Shown here one piece after another: positions 21,735-31,395 of a DNA stretch of 64,000 bases. The stretch is from Clostridia bacterium. GTDB taxonomy: Bacteria > Bacillota > Clostridia > Oscillospirales > CAG-272. The notes beneath the pieces are model-generated. The model searched no databases, was not told the DNA's origin, and saw only the letters and a program-made list of their open reading frames with translations. The first letter of the stretch is position 1. Each line of letters starts with the position of its first letter. The DNA lies in contig JAFTOG010000003.1 of the NCBI GenBank assembly GCA_017451485.1, positions 3,959 to 67,958 of the forward strand, read 5' to 3'. A program made the position numbers and the translations under genes.

Positions 21735-21766
21735 AAAAAAACCGACAGAAAAAAGTCGGTTTTTTG
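21735..21766. terminator. Bidirectional terminator between spoVT and the amidase gene
   Basis: AAAAAA-ACCGAC-loop-GTCGGT-TTTTT. Confidence 0.75.
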
Positions 21767-21794
21767 TATATTAGATATTGAATTAGCTATAACT

Positions 21795-22361
21795 TTATGA
21801 TAAACTTAAATAGTCAAGGATACCCTCATATATTCCCTGAGCAAAAAGCCCGGGGTCATTTGCCATAAGATTGGCATCACGGGGGTTTGAAATAAATCCC
21901 AATTCCACAAGGACTGCCGGCATATTGGTTTTTCTTAATACATACAGTCCCGGGCGTAGCTTGATACCTCTGTTTCGGAGTCCCGTATTCTCTACTATTC
22001 TCCTTACAATATCCTCTCCCAGCTCGGATGCTACAGAGGGTGCAGAATATACAAGTGCCTCAGTGCCGTTTACATTGGAGGATGCGGATGCATTTGTGTG
22101 TATGCTGATAAAGTAATCAGCACCCCAGGAATTGGCTTCATCCACTCTGATACGCAGGCTTGTTGAATTCGAATTTCCAATTTGTGTGGTTGGTGTGGGT
22201 CTTGACAGACGGGTCTCGAAGTTACCGTTGGAGTTTAGCAGGTTGGCAAGTATTCTGCCTACCTCATATGTAATATCCTGTTCTCTGTACCCGTTTCCCT
22301 CTGCTCCGGAATTGGGGCTCTCGGGATTATGTCCTTGGTCAATATAAATTTTAATAGCCAT
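21795..22361 (-). CDS. N-acetylmuramoyl-L-alanine amidase (Amidase_3 catalytic domain only)
   Basis: The motifs IDQGHN, ISIHTNA and VLVELGFISN are present. There is no signal peptide or wall-binding domain. Confidence 0.8.
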   Translation of the reverse strand: MAIKIYIDQGHNPESPNSGAEGNGYREQDITYEVGRILANLLNSNGNFETRLSRPTPTTQIGNSNSTSLRIRVDEANSWGADYFISIHTNASASSNVNGTEALVYSAPSVASELGEDIVRRIVENTGLRNRGIKLRPGLYVLRKTNMPAVLVELGFISNPRDANLMANDPGLFAQGIYEGILDYLSLS

Positions 22362-22411
22362 AATTACTCCCCTTTCTTTTTATATATTATGATAATTTTC
22401 CAAAGAGGTTA

Positions 22412-23191
22412 ATGATGAAGGAATTTAAGGATATCCAAAGAATTTTAAGCCATGTAAGAAAAGCCGTTGAGGAATACTCTATGATAGAGGACGGTGATAA
22501 AATTGCCGTCGGTATCTCGGGAGGTAAGGACTCCCTTACTCTACTATGTGCCCTTGCCCATCTGCGTATTTTCTTAAAAAAAGATTTTACTATTGTTGCA
22601 GTAACTATTGATATGGGCTTTGACGGATCAGATTTTTCTGCCATTGCAGAGCTATGCCGTGAATTAGAGGTGGAATACAAGGTGATACCCACCCAGATAT
22701 ACGAAATTATATTTAATGTGAGAAAAGAGAAAAATCCCTGTTCCTTGTGTGCGAGAATGAGGCGTGGAGCTCTTCACGATGCTGCAAAGGAGCTTGGATG
22801 CAATAAAATCGCCTTGGGTCACCATTTTGATGATGTGGCAGAAACCTTTATGCTTAATCTTTTCTTTGAGGGACGCATAGGAGCATTCTCCCCTGTTACA
22901 TATCTTTCAAGAAAGGACCTGACTCTTATAAGACCCCTCATATACACCCGTGAAAAAGAAATTAAATCCTTTACAAACAAGGAGCTTTTACCGGTTACAA
23001 AAAGCCCCTGCCCTGCCGATGGGCACACAGAAAGGGCAAGGATGAAGGACTATCTTGCAATATTTGACAAGGAGCACCCCGGACTTTATAACCGAATTGT
23101 AGGAGCTATCCGGCGTGGGGAGATCGACGGCTTCCACGAGGACAGAATCGACCAGGCAGAAAAGCTGAGAAGAAAAAATGAGAAAAAATAA
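22412..23191 (+). CDS. ttcA: PP-loop ATPase, TtcA-like tRNA thiolation enzyme
   Basis: The PP-loop SGGKDS, the cysteine motif CSLCARMRRG and a C-terminal PCP..GH motif are present. Confidence 0.75.
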   Translation: MMKEFKDIQRILSHVRKAVEEYSMIEDGDKIAVGISGGKDSLTLLCALAHLRIFLKKDFTIVAVTIDMGFDGSDFSAIAELCRELEVEYKVIPTQIYEIIFNVRKEKNPCSLCARMRRGALHDAAKELGCNKIALGHHFDDVAETFMLNLFFEGRIGAFSPVTYLSRKDLTLIRPLIYTREKEIKSFTNKELLPVTKSPCPADGHTERARMKDYLAIFDKEHPGLYNRIVGAIRRGEIDGFHEDRIDQAEKLRRKNEKK

Positions 23192-23192
23192 G

Positions 23193-23227
23193 AAAAAAGT
23201 TGGATTTTTGCAAATCCAACTTTTTTA
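23193..23227. terminator. Bidirectional terminator between ttcA and the pot operon
   Basis: GTTGGATTT-TTGC-AAATCCAAC flanked by A and T runs. Confidence 0.75.
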
Positions 23228-23228
23228 A

Positions 23229-25340
23229 TTATTTTGTTTTAGGTGTTGTATTCCAGTAAAGGCGTCTGCGTCTTACCTTACGGACATAGCAGAATACTAT
23301 AAAGCCTACTATACCGAGGGCTATAACTCCACTTACAATGTAAATTCCACCGTTAAAGGATGATGAATCAACCTTCAATTCCTCCCATAGTCTGTTAAGT
23401 AATGCAAGCTTGTCTGTGGGAAGATTTCTATACGCATACTCGGAGAAAAGAGTGTCTATATTATCCTCAATATCGGAGTCATAGATAACATCATAGTCCT
23501 CGCCAAGGTATTCGATATAATCAGGATTCTCCGTTACCAAGGTATTGGGACAGCCGTAATAGATATACTCGGCATTGGCAATGGCAGGCTCCTCAGAAAG
23601 CATAAAGTTGATATAAGCCTCTGCGTGCTTCTTATTCTCCTCGCTTACGCCTGTGGGAATGCACATAGCGTCTGCAAAGATGTTAGTAGCAAATTCTCCG
23701 TCGCTGTTCTTTGGGTAATAGAAGGCAAGATTCTCGTTATTGTAAATCATAGAGAGTGCATCGCCTGCATAATATGCACCGATCCACGCCTCTTCGGACT
23801 CCAGCTTGTTATACACCTCATCCATTACATAGCTCTGTACAAGGGGCTTTTGTTTTTTCAACTCGTTAAGAGCATTTCTCCACTCTACCTCTGTAGCTGT
23901 ATTAACATTGATTCCCTCTTTATACATAGCAGAGCCAAAGGCATCACGGGCGTTATTAAACTGAAGGATGTGCCCACTGTACTTCTCGTTCCATAGCAGA
24001 TCCCATCCACCGATATCCTCCTCATCTACATACTCGGTATTGTATATAATTCCAACTATACCATAGGTATACATTACGGAATATGTTTCCTCGCCGTTAT
24101 CATAGAAGGGCTTTTTGAAATCGTCCTTGATATATTTATAATTAGGAATGTTATTAAGATCAAGCGGCTGTACCAGTCCCTCATTAATAAGCCTTTCTAC
24201 CATGTAGTCGGAAGGAACAATAACATCATACCCTCCTACTCCGCTTTTAATTTTGGCATACAGGTCCTCATTACTTGTATAGGTTGTATAGTTCACCTGT
24301 ACCTTTACCTTGTGTCCTCTCTCCTCGGAAAGCACCTTAGAATAGTAATCCTCAAACGCTTTATTGGAGTCAAAGGAGCCATCGCTTCCGTCTGAGATAT
24401 ATTCACCCCAGTTATACACATTTACAACAACGGTCTCCGTTGTAGCTGTGGATATAAGCACAGCACCTGTTATTATTGCAATCAGTGCAAAGGTAGCTGC
24501 AAAAACGATTCTTCTTCTCTTCTTCTGTTTAAGTGTAACGGGCTTCTTTTCCTTTACACCGGAGGAATTTCCTGTAAAATTGGAAATTAACAAAAGAATA
24601 AGGATTGATAAGAATATAAGTGCTGACAAAGCGTACATATCCGGTGTTACACGCTTTTTAGTCATGGAATATATCCTTATCGGCAAGGTCTCAAAGCCAC
24701 TGCCGATTGTAAAATAACTGATTATAAAATCATCTATTGAGAGAGTAAATGCCATAATAAATCCGGATATAATACCGGAAATTATCTGGGGCATCTCTAC
24801 TTTATAGAATGACTGAAACGGGGTACATCCCAAATCGAGAGCAGCCTCGGGAAGATGCCTGTCCATCTGCTTGAATTTCGGCATTACGGAAAGCACCACA
24901 TACGGTATATTGAATGTAACATGGGCAATAAGAACAGTACCAAAGCCTAAGGTCGTGGAGGAATTTATAAGTCTGCCCACAAAAACGAACAGAAGCATCA
25001 TAGAAATACCTACAACAATCTCAGGGTTCATCATAGGAATATTATTGACTGTAAGCACCGTATTTTTTATGTGCTTATTCTTCATATGATGGATACCGTA
25101 TGCCGCAAGAGTACCTATAACAGTCGCTATAACAGAAGAAAGTATAGCAAGAAGCAGGGTGTTTCTTAACGCAAGAAGCGTTGCTCCGTCACTGAACAAC
25201 TCCTTATACCATTTGAGGGAAAAGCCTGCAAAGGAGTTAGTACTGTTTGACGAATTGAAGGAAAACAGTATCAGTACCGCAATGGGCAGATACAGGAAAA
25301 CGAATATAAGGGCGGTGTATATTTTATTTGATTTCTTCAT
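23229..25340 (-). CDS. potCD: Spermidine/putrescine ABC transporter: PotC permease fused to PotD-type substrate-binding protein
   Basis: The N-terminal ~260 aa form a 6-TM permease with an EAA loop (EAALDLGCTPFQ). An extra TM helix follows, then a ~400-aa PotD-like periplasmic binding domain. Confidence 0.8.
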   Translation of the reverse strand: MKKSNKIYTALIFVFLYLPIAVLILFSFNSSNSTNSFAGFSLKWYKELFSDGATLLALRNTLLLAILSSVIATVIGTLAAYGIHHMKNKHIKNTVLTVNNIPMMNPEIVVGISMMLLFVFVGRLINSSTTLGFGTVLIAHVTFNIPYVVLSVMPKFKQMDRHLPEAALDLGCTPFQSFYKVEMPQIISGIISGFIMAFTLSIDDFIISYFTIGSGFETLPIRIYSMTKKRVTPDMYALSALIFLSILILLLISNFTGNSSGVKEKKPVTLKQKKRRRIVFAATFALIAIITGAVLISTATTETVVVNVYNWGEYISDGSDGSFDSNKAFEDYYSKVLSEERGHKVKVQVNYTTYTSNEDLYAKIKSGVGGYDVIVPSDYMVERLINEGLVQPLDLNNIPNYKYIKDDFKKPFYDNGEETYSVMYTYGIVGIIYNTEYVDEEDIGGWDLLWNEKYSGHILQFNNARDAFGSAMYKEGINVNTATEVEWRNALNELKKQKPLVQSYVMDEVYNKLESEEAWIGAYYAGDALSMIYNNENLAFYYPKNSDGEFATNIFADAMCIPTGVSEENKKHAEAYINFMLSEEPAIANAEYIYYGCPNTLVTENPDYIEYLGEDYDVIYDSDIEDNIDTLFSEYAYRNLPTDKLALLNRLWEELKVDSSSFNGGIYIVSGVIALGIVGFIVFCYVRKVRRRRLYWNTTPKTK

Positions 25341-26164
25341 ATGATAACACCCCCATCATCATCGGCATACTTGTTCATAATTGTCATGCTTATAATGATC
25401 AGAAGCATAAGGACAAAGGACATAGAAGCACCGAGATTGTAATTGTACGCAGTCTGGAACTGCCTCTCAATGGTATCACCTATAAGGTCGAAGTTACCTC
25501 CTCCCAGCTTCTGTGAAATATAGAAGGTACTGATGGAGGGTACAAATACCATTGTAATACCGGAAATAATACCGGGTATGCTTAAGGGGAATACCACCTT
25601 TGTAATAACAGTCAAGGGATTGGAGCCCAAATCTGCCGCAGCCTCCAAAAGTCTGCCATCCACCTTGGAAAGCACGGAATGGATTGGGATTATCATATAC
25701 GGCAGGTAGTTATATACCATACCTACAATTACTGCACCGGCTGTATTTATCATATGTATGGGTTCAATACCGAAAATGCCGAGGAATGAGTTGATTATAC
25801 CTGTATCCTCCATAAGTGCCATCCATGAATATGTCCTTATAAGAAAGTTCATCCACATGGGAAGCATTATAAGCATTATAAGTATCTTCTGTGTCTTTGG
25901 CTTAGCTCTTGAAATGAAGTACGCTATGGGATATGCAATAACAAGACATATTACCGTTGCCAGAAAGGCAAAGCAAACAGAACGCATAAATATCTCAAGA
26001 TAGCTCGCCTGAAAGAGCTCTGTAAAATTACCAAAGGTAAAGTTACCGTCCTTGTCCGTAAATGCATAATACATTACGAATATAAGGGGAGCAACGATAA
26101 ACAGAACCGACCATACGATATGAGGAGAAGCAGCCGCCTTCTGAATCAATGATTTTTTGTTCAT
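25337..26164 (-). CDS. potB: Spermidine/putrescine ABC transporter permease PotB
   Basis: The EAA loop is LEAAADLGSNP. I prefer the start MNKKSLIQK at 26164, because the ORF-track extension to 26344 overlaps potA. Confidence 0.85.
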   Translation of the reverse strand: MNKKSLIQKAAASPHIVWSVLFIVAPLIFVMYYAFTDKDGNFTFGNFTELFQASYLEIFMRSVCFAFLATVICLVIAYPIAYFISRAKPKTQKILIMLIMLPMWMNFLIRTYSWMALMEDTGIINSFLGIFGIEPIHMINTAGAVIVGMVYNYLPYMIIPIHSVLSKVDGRLLEAAADLGSNPLTVITKVVFPLSIPGIISGITMVFVPSISTFYISQKLGGGNFDLIGDTIERQFQTAYNYNLGASMSFVLMLLIIISMTIMNKYADDDGGVII

Positions 26165-26169
26165 TCTGC

Positions 26170-27291
26170 TTACTCTTCCTCCTCGGTAACATCGGAAAGA
26201 TGCTCCAGCTCGTCGCTGAAGGATGAATAGTCGCCAAACATACCGGAAAACTCGGATTTTTTCATAATATGAATAGCATCTGGCTCTACATATATACCGA
26301 TTTTCTGCCCGGGGGCAACATAGTCGGTGGACTGAATCATCCACTTGAATTTATTGATGGTAACTATTATCTCGTAGTGAACGCCCTTGAAGGTCACGGA
26401 GTCAACAATACCGCTGAGCATTCCCTTCTCCACGGGGACAACATCCACATCCTCAGGTCTGACAACAACATCAACAGGCTCACTCTTACCAAAGCCCTTA
26501 TCAAGGCAAACAAATTCATGACCTGAAAACCTTACCTTAAAGTCATCAAGCATTACACCATCAATTATATTACTCTCACCGATAAAGTCAGCGACAAATG
26601 CGTTTTCCGGCTCATTATAAATATCGGTAGGTGAGCCAATCTGCTGTATCTTACCGTTTGCCATAACTACAACGGTATCGGACATACTGAGGGCCTCCTC
26701 CTGGTCGTGAGTTACATAAATAAATGTAATGCCTGTTTTTCTCTGTATATTTTTAAGCTCGTTCTGCATATCCTTACGAAGCTTAAGGTCCAAAGCACCA
26801 AGTGGCTCGTCAAGAAGCAAAACTCGTGGTTTATTTATTAAAGCTCTGGCTATGGCAACTCTCTGCTGCTGACCGCCCGAAAGCAGATTAACATCTCTCT
26901 TCTCAAATCCACGAAGGTTCACCATAGTAAGCATTTCTTCTACTCGTTCATAGATTTCTTCTTCAGGTGTTTTCTTCAATCGAAGAGCAAAGGCAATATT
27001 CTCATATACATTTAGGTGTGGAAACAAAGCGTATTTCTGGAATACCGTATTTACAGATCTTTTATACGGGGGAACATCATTTATTTTCTCCCCATCAAAC
27101 AAAAGCTCTCCGCAATCAGGTGTTACAAAGCCTGCAATAATACGCAGGGTGGTAGTTTTACCGCATCCGGAGGGACCGAGAAGAGTCATAAATTCCTTCT
27201 CGTAAATCTTAAGGTCGATATTATCGAGTATCAATTCACCGTCAAATGATTTTGACACTCCCTTAAGCTCAATGATCTTTTTTTCGTTCAT
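26170..27291 (-). CDS. potA: Spermidine/putrescine ABC transporter ATPase PotA
   Basis: Walker A is GPSGCGKTT, the signature motif is LSGGQQQR, and a C-terminal TOBE-like domain is present. I place the start at [11 protein letters not shown]. Confidence 0.9.
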   Translation of the reverse strand: MNEKKIIELKGVSKSFDGELILDNIDLKIYEKEFMTLLGPSGCGKTTTLRIIAGFVTPDCGELLFDGEKINDVPPYKRSVNTVFQKYALFPHLNVYENIAFALRLKKTPEEEIYERVEEMLTMVNLRGFEKRDVNLLSGGQQQRVAIARALINKPRVLLLDEPLGALDLKLRKDMQNELKNIQRKTGITFIYVTHDQEEALSMSDTVVVMANGKIQQIGSPTDIYNEPENAFVADFIGESNIIDGVMLDDFKVRFSGHEFVCLDKGFGKSEPVDVVVRPEDVDVVPVEKGMLSGIVDSVTFKGVHYEIIVTINKFKWMIQSTDYVAPGQKIGIYVEPDAIHIMKKSEFSGMFGDYSSFSDELEHLSDVTEEEE

Positions 27292-27463
27292 TTCTATCCC
27301 CGTTCTTTCATAGACTCGACTAACAATGACGAGAATCATCTTTAATCGTCAAAAACAGTTAATCAATTGCATTATAACAAATTATTATAAATTGTGCAAT
27401 AGTTATAACAAAATTTCTGCACATAAGCATTAAATATTTTGTCAGGTCTTTTGAAACAAAGAC

Positions 27464-28039
27464 TTAAGCACGGAAGCAAAGACTGTAAAGAAGGAATACG
27501 GAGATAAAAAAAAGAGACACATCTGAGGCAAAAACAAGCTGAAGATATACGCTAATCAGCCAAAGAAAAAAAGCAAAAATAAAGGAAAGGCACCTATTGA
27601 TTTTTTGTGCTCTGTCCACCCTTGAAAAACGGTATATCAAGCATCGCATTACCTCTCCTCCGTCCAAGACTGAAACGGGATATAAATTCATAAGCCCAAG
27701 GGATAGATTATACAGGGAAAAATAATAGAATTTATCATTAAAATCAAACACAGGGGCGGCAAAAATCGCAAAAAACAGTAAATTAAATATTATACCTCCA
27801 CCACATACCAGAGCCTCCTTGAGGTATGTTAAGGAGGCACAGTCATACCTTAAATTCAAGCGAAAAAGTGATGCCTTAAAATCCTTTATTCCGGCACCGA
27901 CAAGCTTGGCAAATAACAGATGCCCCGCCTCATGCACAGCATAACAAAGCAGTAAAAGAAATGGATAGGGAGATGAAGAAATATTCATTACTGTAAGCAA
28001 GAGAAAAACAATACTTATTTTCTCTCCGACTCCGTTCAT
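27464..28039 (-). CDS. Peptidase M50 (site-2 protease-like) membrane metalloprotease, short form
   Basis: HEAGH sits in a TM helix and the motif NLYPVSVLDGG is present. I prefer the start at 28039 (MNGVGEK), because the longer ORF overlaps rarA. Confidence 0.7.
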   Translation of the reverse strand: MNGVGEKISIVFLLLTVMNISSSPYPFLLLLCYAVHEAGHLLFAKLVGAGIKDFKASLFRLNLRYDCASLTYLKEALVCGGGIIFNLLFFAIFAAPVFDFNDKFYYFSLYNLSLGLMNLYPVSVLDGGEVMRCLIYRFSRVDRAQKINRCLSFIFAFFLWLISVYLQLVFASDVSLFFISVFLLYSLCFRA

Positions 28040-28177
28040 TTTTATCCCCCCAATCCATTTGACAATGCCTATTCTTTTTACGGGCAAAAAAATAATAAGT
28101 ACGATATATTTATATTGATTTTTAATATTGACTATGATAGAATAGCTATATAAGTTTAAACATAATTGAGGTACAGG

Positions 28178-29413
28178 ATGAATAATCAGCCCCTTGCAAA
28201 TAAGCTCCGACCTGAGTCCTTTGACGATATTGTGGGACAGGAGCATCTCGTCTCTGAAAACGGTATTATCAGAAAAATGGTGGATGCGGGAAGAATCACA
28301 AATATGATATTTTTCGGTCCTCCCGGTACGGGTAAGACCACCCTTGCCAATATCATCGCAAAGAGATCGGACATGCAGTTATATAAGCTTAATGCCACTA
28401 CAGCTTCTCTTTCGGATATTAAAGAGGTTATAAATCAGTCTACAAATGTTTTCTCATCTAACGGTACTCTGCTCTACCTTGATGAGATTCAATATTTTAA
28501 CAAAAAGCAACAGCAATCCCTCCTTGAATTTATTGAGGACGGAAGAGTTACGCTTATCGCCTCCACTACAGAAAATCCGCATTTTTACATATACAACGCC
28601 TTGCTTTCCCGTTGCTCTGTATTTGAGTTTTTCCCTGTTGAGGCAAAGAAAATGGAGCCTGCCTTAAGACGGGCTATTGATACCCTCAACCGTGAAACAG
28701 GATGCAAAAAGGCTATTACCGATGATGCCCTTTCTTTCTTTTCCACAAGGGCAAAGGGAGATGTACGCCATGCTCTCACATTACTTGAGGCATCATACTA
28801 CTCCGTGGACCGTATAATCGACATAGATTCGGCAAGGGCATTTATCCCAAGTGTATCGGCAGGACTCTTTGACCAGGATGGGGATGTACACTATAATCTT
28901 CTCTCCTGCTTACAGAAGTCTATCCGTGGCTCAGACCCCGATGCTGCTGTATTCTATCTTGCAAGGCTGTTAGAGGGTGGCGACATCCTCTCCCCTATAC
29001 GCAGAATGCTTGTGTGTGCATCTGAGGATATAGGTCTTGCTTACCCTCAGGCATCCCAGATTGCCTATTCTCTGTGCCAGACGGCAAGAGAGCTCGGTAT
29101 GCCGGAGGCCCGTATTCCCTTGGCTAACTGTGCTATCATGCTTGCTACAGCACCAAAATCAAACAGTGCATATCTTGCAATGGACTCTGCCCTTGAGGAT
29201 ATCCGTGCAGGAAAGGGTATTACATTTCCAAAGCATTTACAGTCACCTCTGTTTACAGGCTATAAATATCCTCACAGCAGCGAAAACCACTGGCTTGAGC
29301 AACAGTATCTCCCAGATGATATCAAAAACACTAGATACTATCACTTCGGAGACAACAAGACCGAGCAATCAGCCAAGGCATATTGGGAGTCCGTAAAGGG
29401 CAAGAAGCTTTAA
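28178..29413 (+). CDS. rarA: Replication-associated recombination protein A (AAA+ ATPase)
   Basis: The N-terminus is LANKLRP..FD..VGQEHL, Walker A is GPPGTGKTT, and a MgsA C-terminal domain is present. The ATG at 28178 follows GAGG. Confidence 0.9.
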   Translation: MNNQPLANKLRPESFDDIVGQEHLVSENGIIRKMVDAGRITNMIFFGPPGTGKTTLANIIAKRSDMQLYKLNATTASLSDIKEVINQSTNVFSSNGTLLYLDEIQYFNKKQQQSLLEFIEDGRVTLIASTTENPHFYIYNALLSRCSVFEFFPVEAKKMEPALRRAIDTLNRETGCKKAITDDALSFFSTRAKGDVRHALTLLEASYYSVDRIIDIDSARAFIPSVSAGLFDQDGDVHYNLLSCLQKSIRGSDPDAAVFYLARLLEGGDILSPIRRMLVCASEDIGLAYPQASQIAYSLCQTARELGMPEARIPLANCAIMLATAPKSNSAYLAMDSALEDIRAGKGITFPKHLQSPLFTGYKYPHSSENHWLEQQYLPDDIKNTRYYHFGDNKTEQSAKAYWESVKGKKL

Positions 29414-29425
29414 TTCAATATACAA

Positions 29426-29486
29426 AAAGAGGTTGCATTAGCGTGTTCTCCGTTAGGGATAACACGCTAATGCAACACTCTTTTTT
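29426..29486. terminator. Long bidirectional terminator hairpin
   Basis: TTGCATTAGCGTGTT...AACACGCTAATGCAA flanked by AAAAA and TTTTTT. Confidence 0.8.
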
Positions 29487-29518
29487 AAGGAGGCTATACC
29501 GTTTAAGGAATAACCATT

Positions 29519-30208
29519 TTACTTGGAATTTTCAGATTTTTTGTACTCCTCGATGGCACGGTTTATCTTCTCTACTGTAGCCTTGGATTTCACATCTGCA
29601 TGAATAGGAACAGAAAACTTATAGCCACCGTTATATCTTACAACGAGTCTTTCCTCAACTACATTGAACATTTTTTTGCCAAAGGAAAGAGCCTTTTGAT
29701 TTTTGTCGACTCTTACCTCCTCAATGGAAGCATAGGGAATTTCAAATTTTTTCTCCTTTGCCTCATCGGAAATAAGAGAAATTGATTTTGTGGAGATGTA
29801 CAGGGCATCGGTAAGTATATAAAGAGCTGTTTTAGTATATTTTGAGGAATAAATTATTCCCTTCTTACTCTTTTTAAGCATTACACCGCTTTCGTACTCA
29901 AAATCCTCAAGAATCTCTATAGGCAACCTTCTGTTTATTCTTCTCTCATTTATACCAAGATTGTCAAGGGGAATTACTACTCCGTCTGTCCTTCTTTTAA
30001 CAGTAGATAAAATATCCTTGTCATTTGACCGTATGGAAACGCCTATAATAAACAGTATCACTCCCAAGGGTAGCATTACACATGATAACAGCCAAAGAAT
30101 TCCGTAGGCAAAAATAAACAGAGGCAACGACACACCCATTAATCCAATGCCTATATATTCCATAAGGTCATTCATCTTAAAATAATTTATGTTTTGTTTG
30201 TTACTCAC
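29519..30208 (-). CDS. Hypothetical 2-TM membrane protein, paralog A (229 aa) of the 32768-33457 product
   Basis: GTG start with an AAGGAG RBS. Two N-terminal TM helices precede a ~150-aa soluble domain. It is about 40% identical by eye to paralog B. Confidence 0.6.
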   Translation of the reverse strand: MSNKQNINYFKMNDLMEYIGIGLMGVSLPLFIFAYGILWLLSCVMLPLGVILFIIGVSIRSNDKDILSTVKRRTDGVVIPLDNLGINERRINRRLPIEILEDFEYESGVMLKKSKKGIIYSSKYTKTALYILTDALYISTKSISLISDEAKEKKFEIPYASIEEVRVDKNQKALSFGKKMFNVVEERLVVRYNGGYKFSVPIHADVKSKATVEKINRAIEEYKKSENSK

Positions 30209-30600
30209 TTTTACTCCTTTCCGTCAGTCGTGGGCGGTACCTTCCCGTAAGCTGACCTGCATTAGGGAAATGTAGCTATCATTGTCCCTACCTGCTACAA
30301 TTATAATGCAAGACGCTAAAAAAAGCCATAACCTATTAGTTGAACAAAACTCAACCTTCAATTTAGGATTTTTATCCGTCTTCATTTATATAGTGTCAAA
30401 TGGGCAAAAAAGGTTTGGCAATTTTGAAATATTTTTACAATTTTATTTCCTTGCCCAACATTTCTTTTGCTTCATTTGCCATGTTAAGAATACCATATAT
30501 GTTCTCCCTTTATTCAATATAGGGACAAAAAGACTCTACGGAGGGATAAAAAAATTATTTTTCCCGTTTATCCCATAATTATACATATTATCCCTAACCG

Positions 30601-30630
30601 TTTGCAATTTTCTATTTTATATGATACAAT
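30601..30630 (+). promoter_or_regulatory. Promoter of the LytTR/kinase operon, with a suboptimal 18-nt spacer
   Basis: TTTGCA, an 18-nt spacer and TACAAT. It lies immediately downstream of the direct repeats TTATCCC (30568) and TTATCCC (30588). Confidence 0.45.
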
Positions 30631-30660
30631 ATACTTATATTGGTGGTAGGAGGTAGAAAT

Positions 30661-31395
30661 ATGATAAATATTGCTGTTTGCGACGATAATATGCAATTTG
30701 CAACGCTTTTAACACAGCATTTGAAAAAGCTGTGTGCATATAAAATTCCTCAAAGAGTTGATTGCAGATTTGCACCCACCTTCAGCAGTGCCAAGGATGT
30801 ATTGGAATACTTAAAGGACAACACAATAGATGTTCTTTTTTTAGATATTGATATGCCCGAAACAAATGGCTTCAAGCTTGCGGAAATGCTATGCGAGTCC
30901 CATCCTGATACCATAATTATTTTTGTATCCTCCTACGAGGAGTTTGTATACAGCTCCTTTGAATACTGTCCCTTCAGATTTTTGCGAAAGGCTCATCTTA
31001 CACAGGAGCTTGATATTACACTTCAAAAGGTAATTGAAAAATGTATTCTGAATAATGAAACAATTTTGTTTGACACCACTGATGGCGATATAGTCCTCAG
31101 AGTTAGAGATATTATATTCTTCGAGGGACAGAAGAACTATTATATAATTAACACGGTCTCAGGAGCACAGTATAAATGCAGAGGCACAATGGAATCTGTT
31201 GAGGGCTTAACCTCTTGCTACGACTTCTTTAGAATACACTCTGCATATGTTATAAACCATGAGCATATCGAAAGTGTAAACAGCAACGGTTACCTCGTTA
31301 TGAAAAATAAGAAAATATTAAATATCAGCAAAAGAAGAATGTCTGCATTTAAGGATGCTTATATGCAATTCATAAGAAGGAGAATATCGAAATGA
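30661..31395 (+). CDS. LytTR-family response regulator (AgrA/LytR type)
   Basis: A receiver domain (MINIAVCDDN, LFLDIDMPE.NG) is followed by a LytTR DNA-binding domain (FFRIHSAYVIN). The start is an ATG after AGGAGG. Confidence 0.9.
   Translation: MINIAVCDDNMQFATLLTQHLKKLCAYKIPQRVDCRFAPTFSSAKDVLEYLKDNTIDVLFLDIDMPETNGFKLAEMLCESHPDTIIIFVSSYEEFVYSSFEYCPFRFLRKAHLTQELDITLQKVIEKCILNNETILFDTTDGDIVLRVRDIIFFEGQKNYYIINTVSGAQYKCRGTMESVEGLTSCYDFFRIHSAYVINHEHIESVNSNGYLVMKNKKILNISKRRMSAFKDAYMQFIRRRISK

Noticed and set aside
26165-26344. N-terminal extensions proposed by the ORF track (potB to 26344, potA to 27339, M50 to 28246, adhE to 41341, LysR to 43367, rpmA to 47500, lacZ to 53158 and others)
   Set aside because: The extensions overlap upstream genes or promoters and lack an RBS. 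Internal starts with good RBSs align with the conserved N-termini of the families.
30255-30300. Resemblance of UAGGGA...UAGCUACA...UCCCUA to the preQ1-I riboswitch hairpin
   Set aside because: The obligatory A-rich 3' tail (AAAAAACUA) is absent, and the gene context is unrelated to queuosine. The match is probably coincidental, or the same sequence serves as a DNA operator.
30282-30578. 98-aa ORF in the LytTR spacer, considered as a possible autoinducer precursor or AgrD-like gene
   Set aside because: It has a non-ATG start, no RBS and an AT-rich low-complexity translation, and it spans promoter and operator DNA. The short minus-strand ORFs here (7-15 aa) also lack an RBS.
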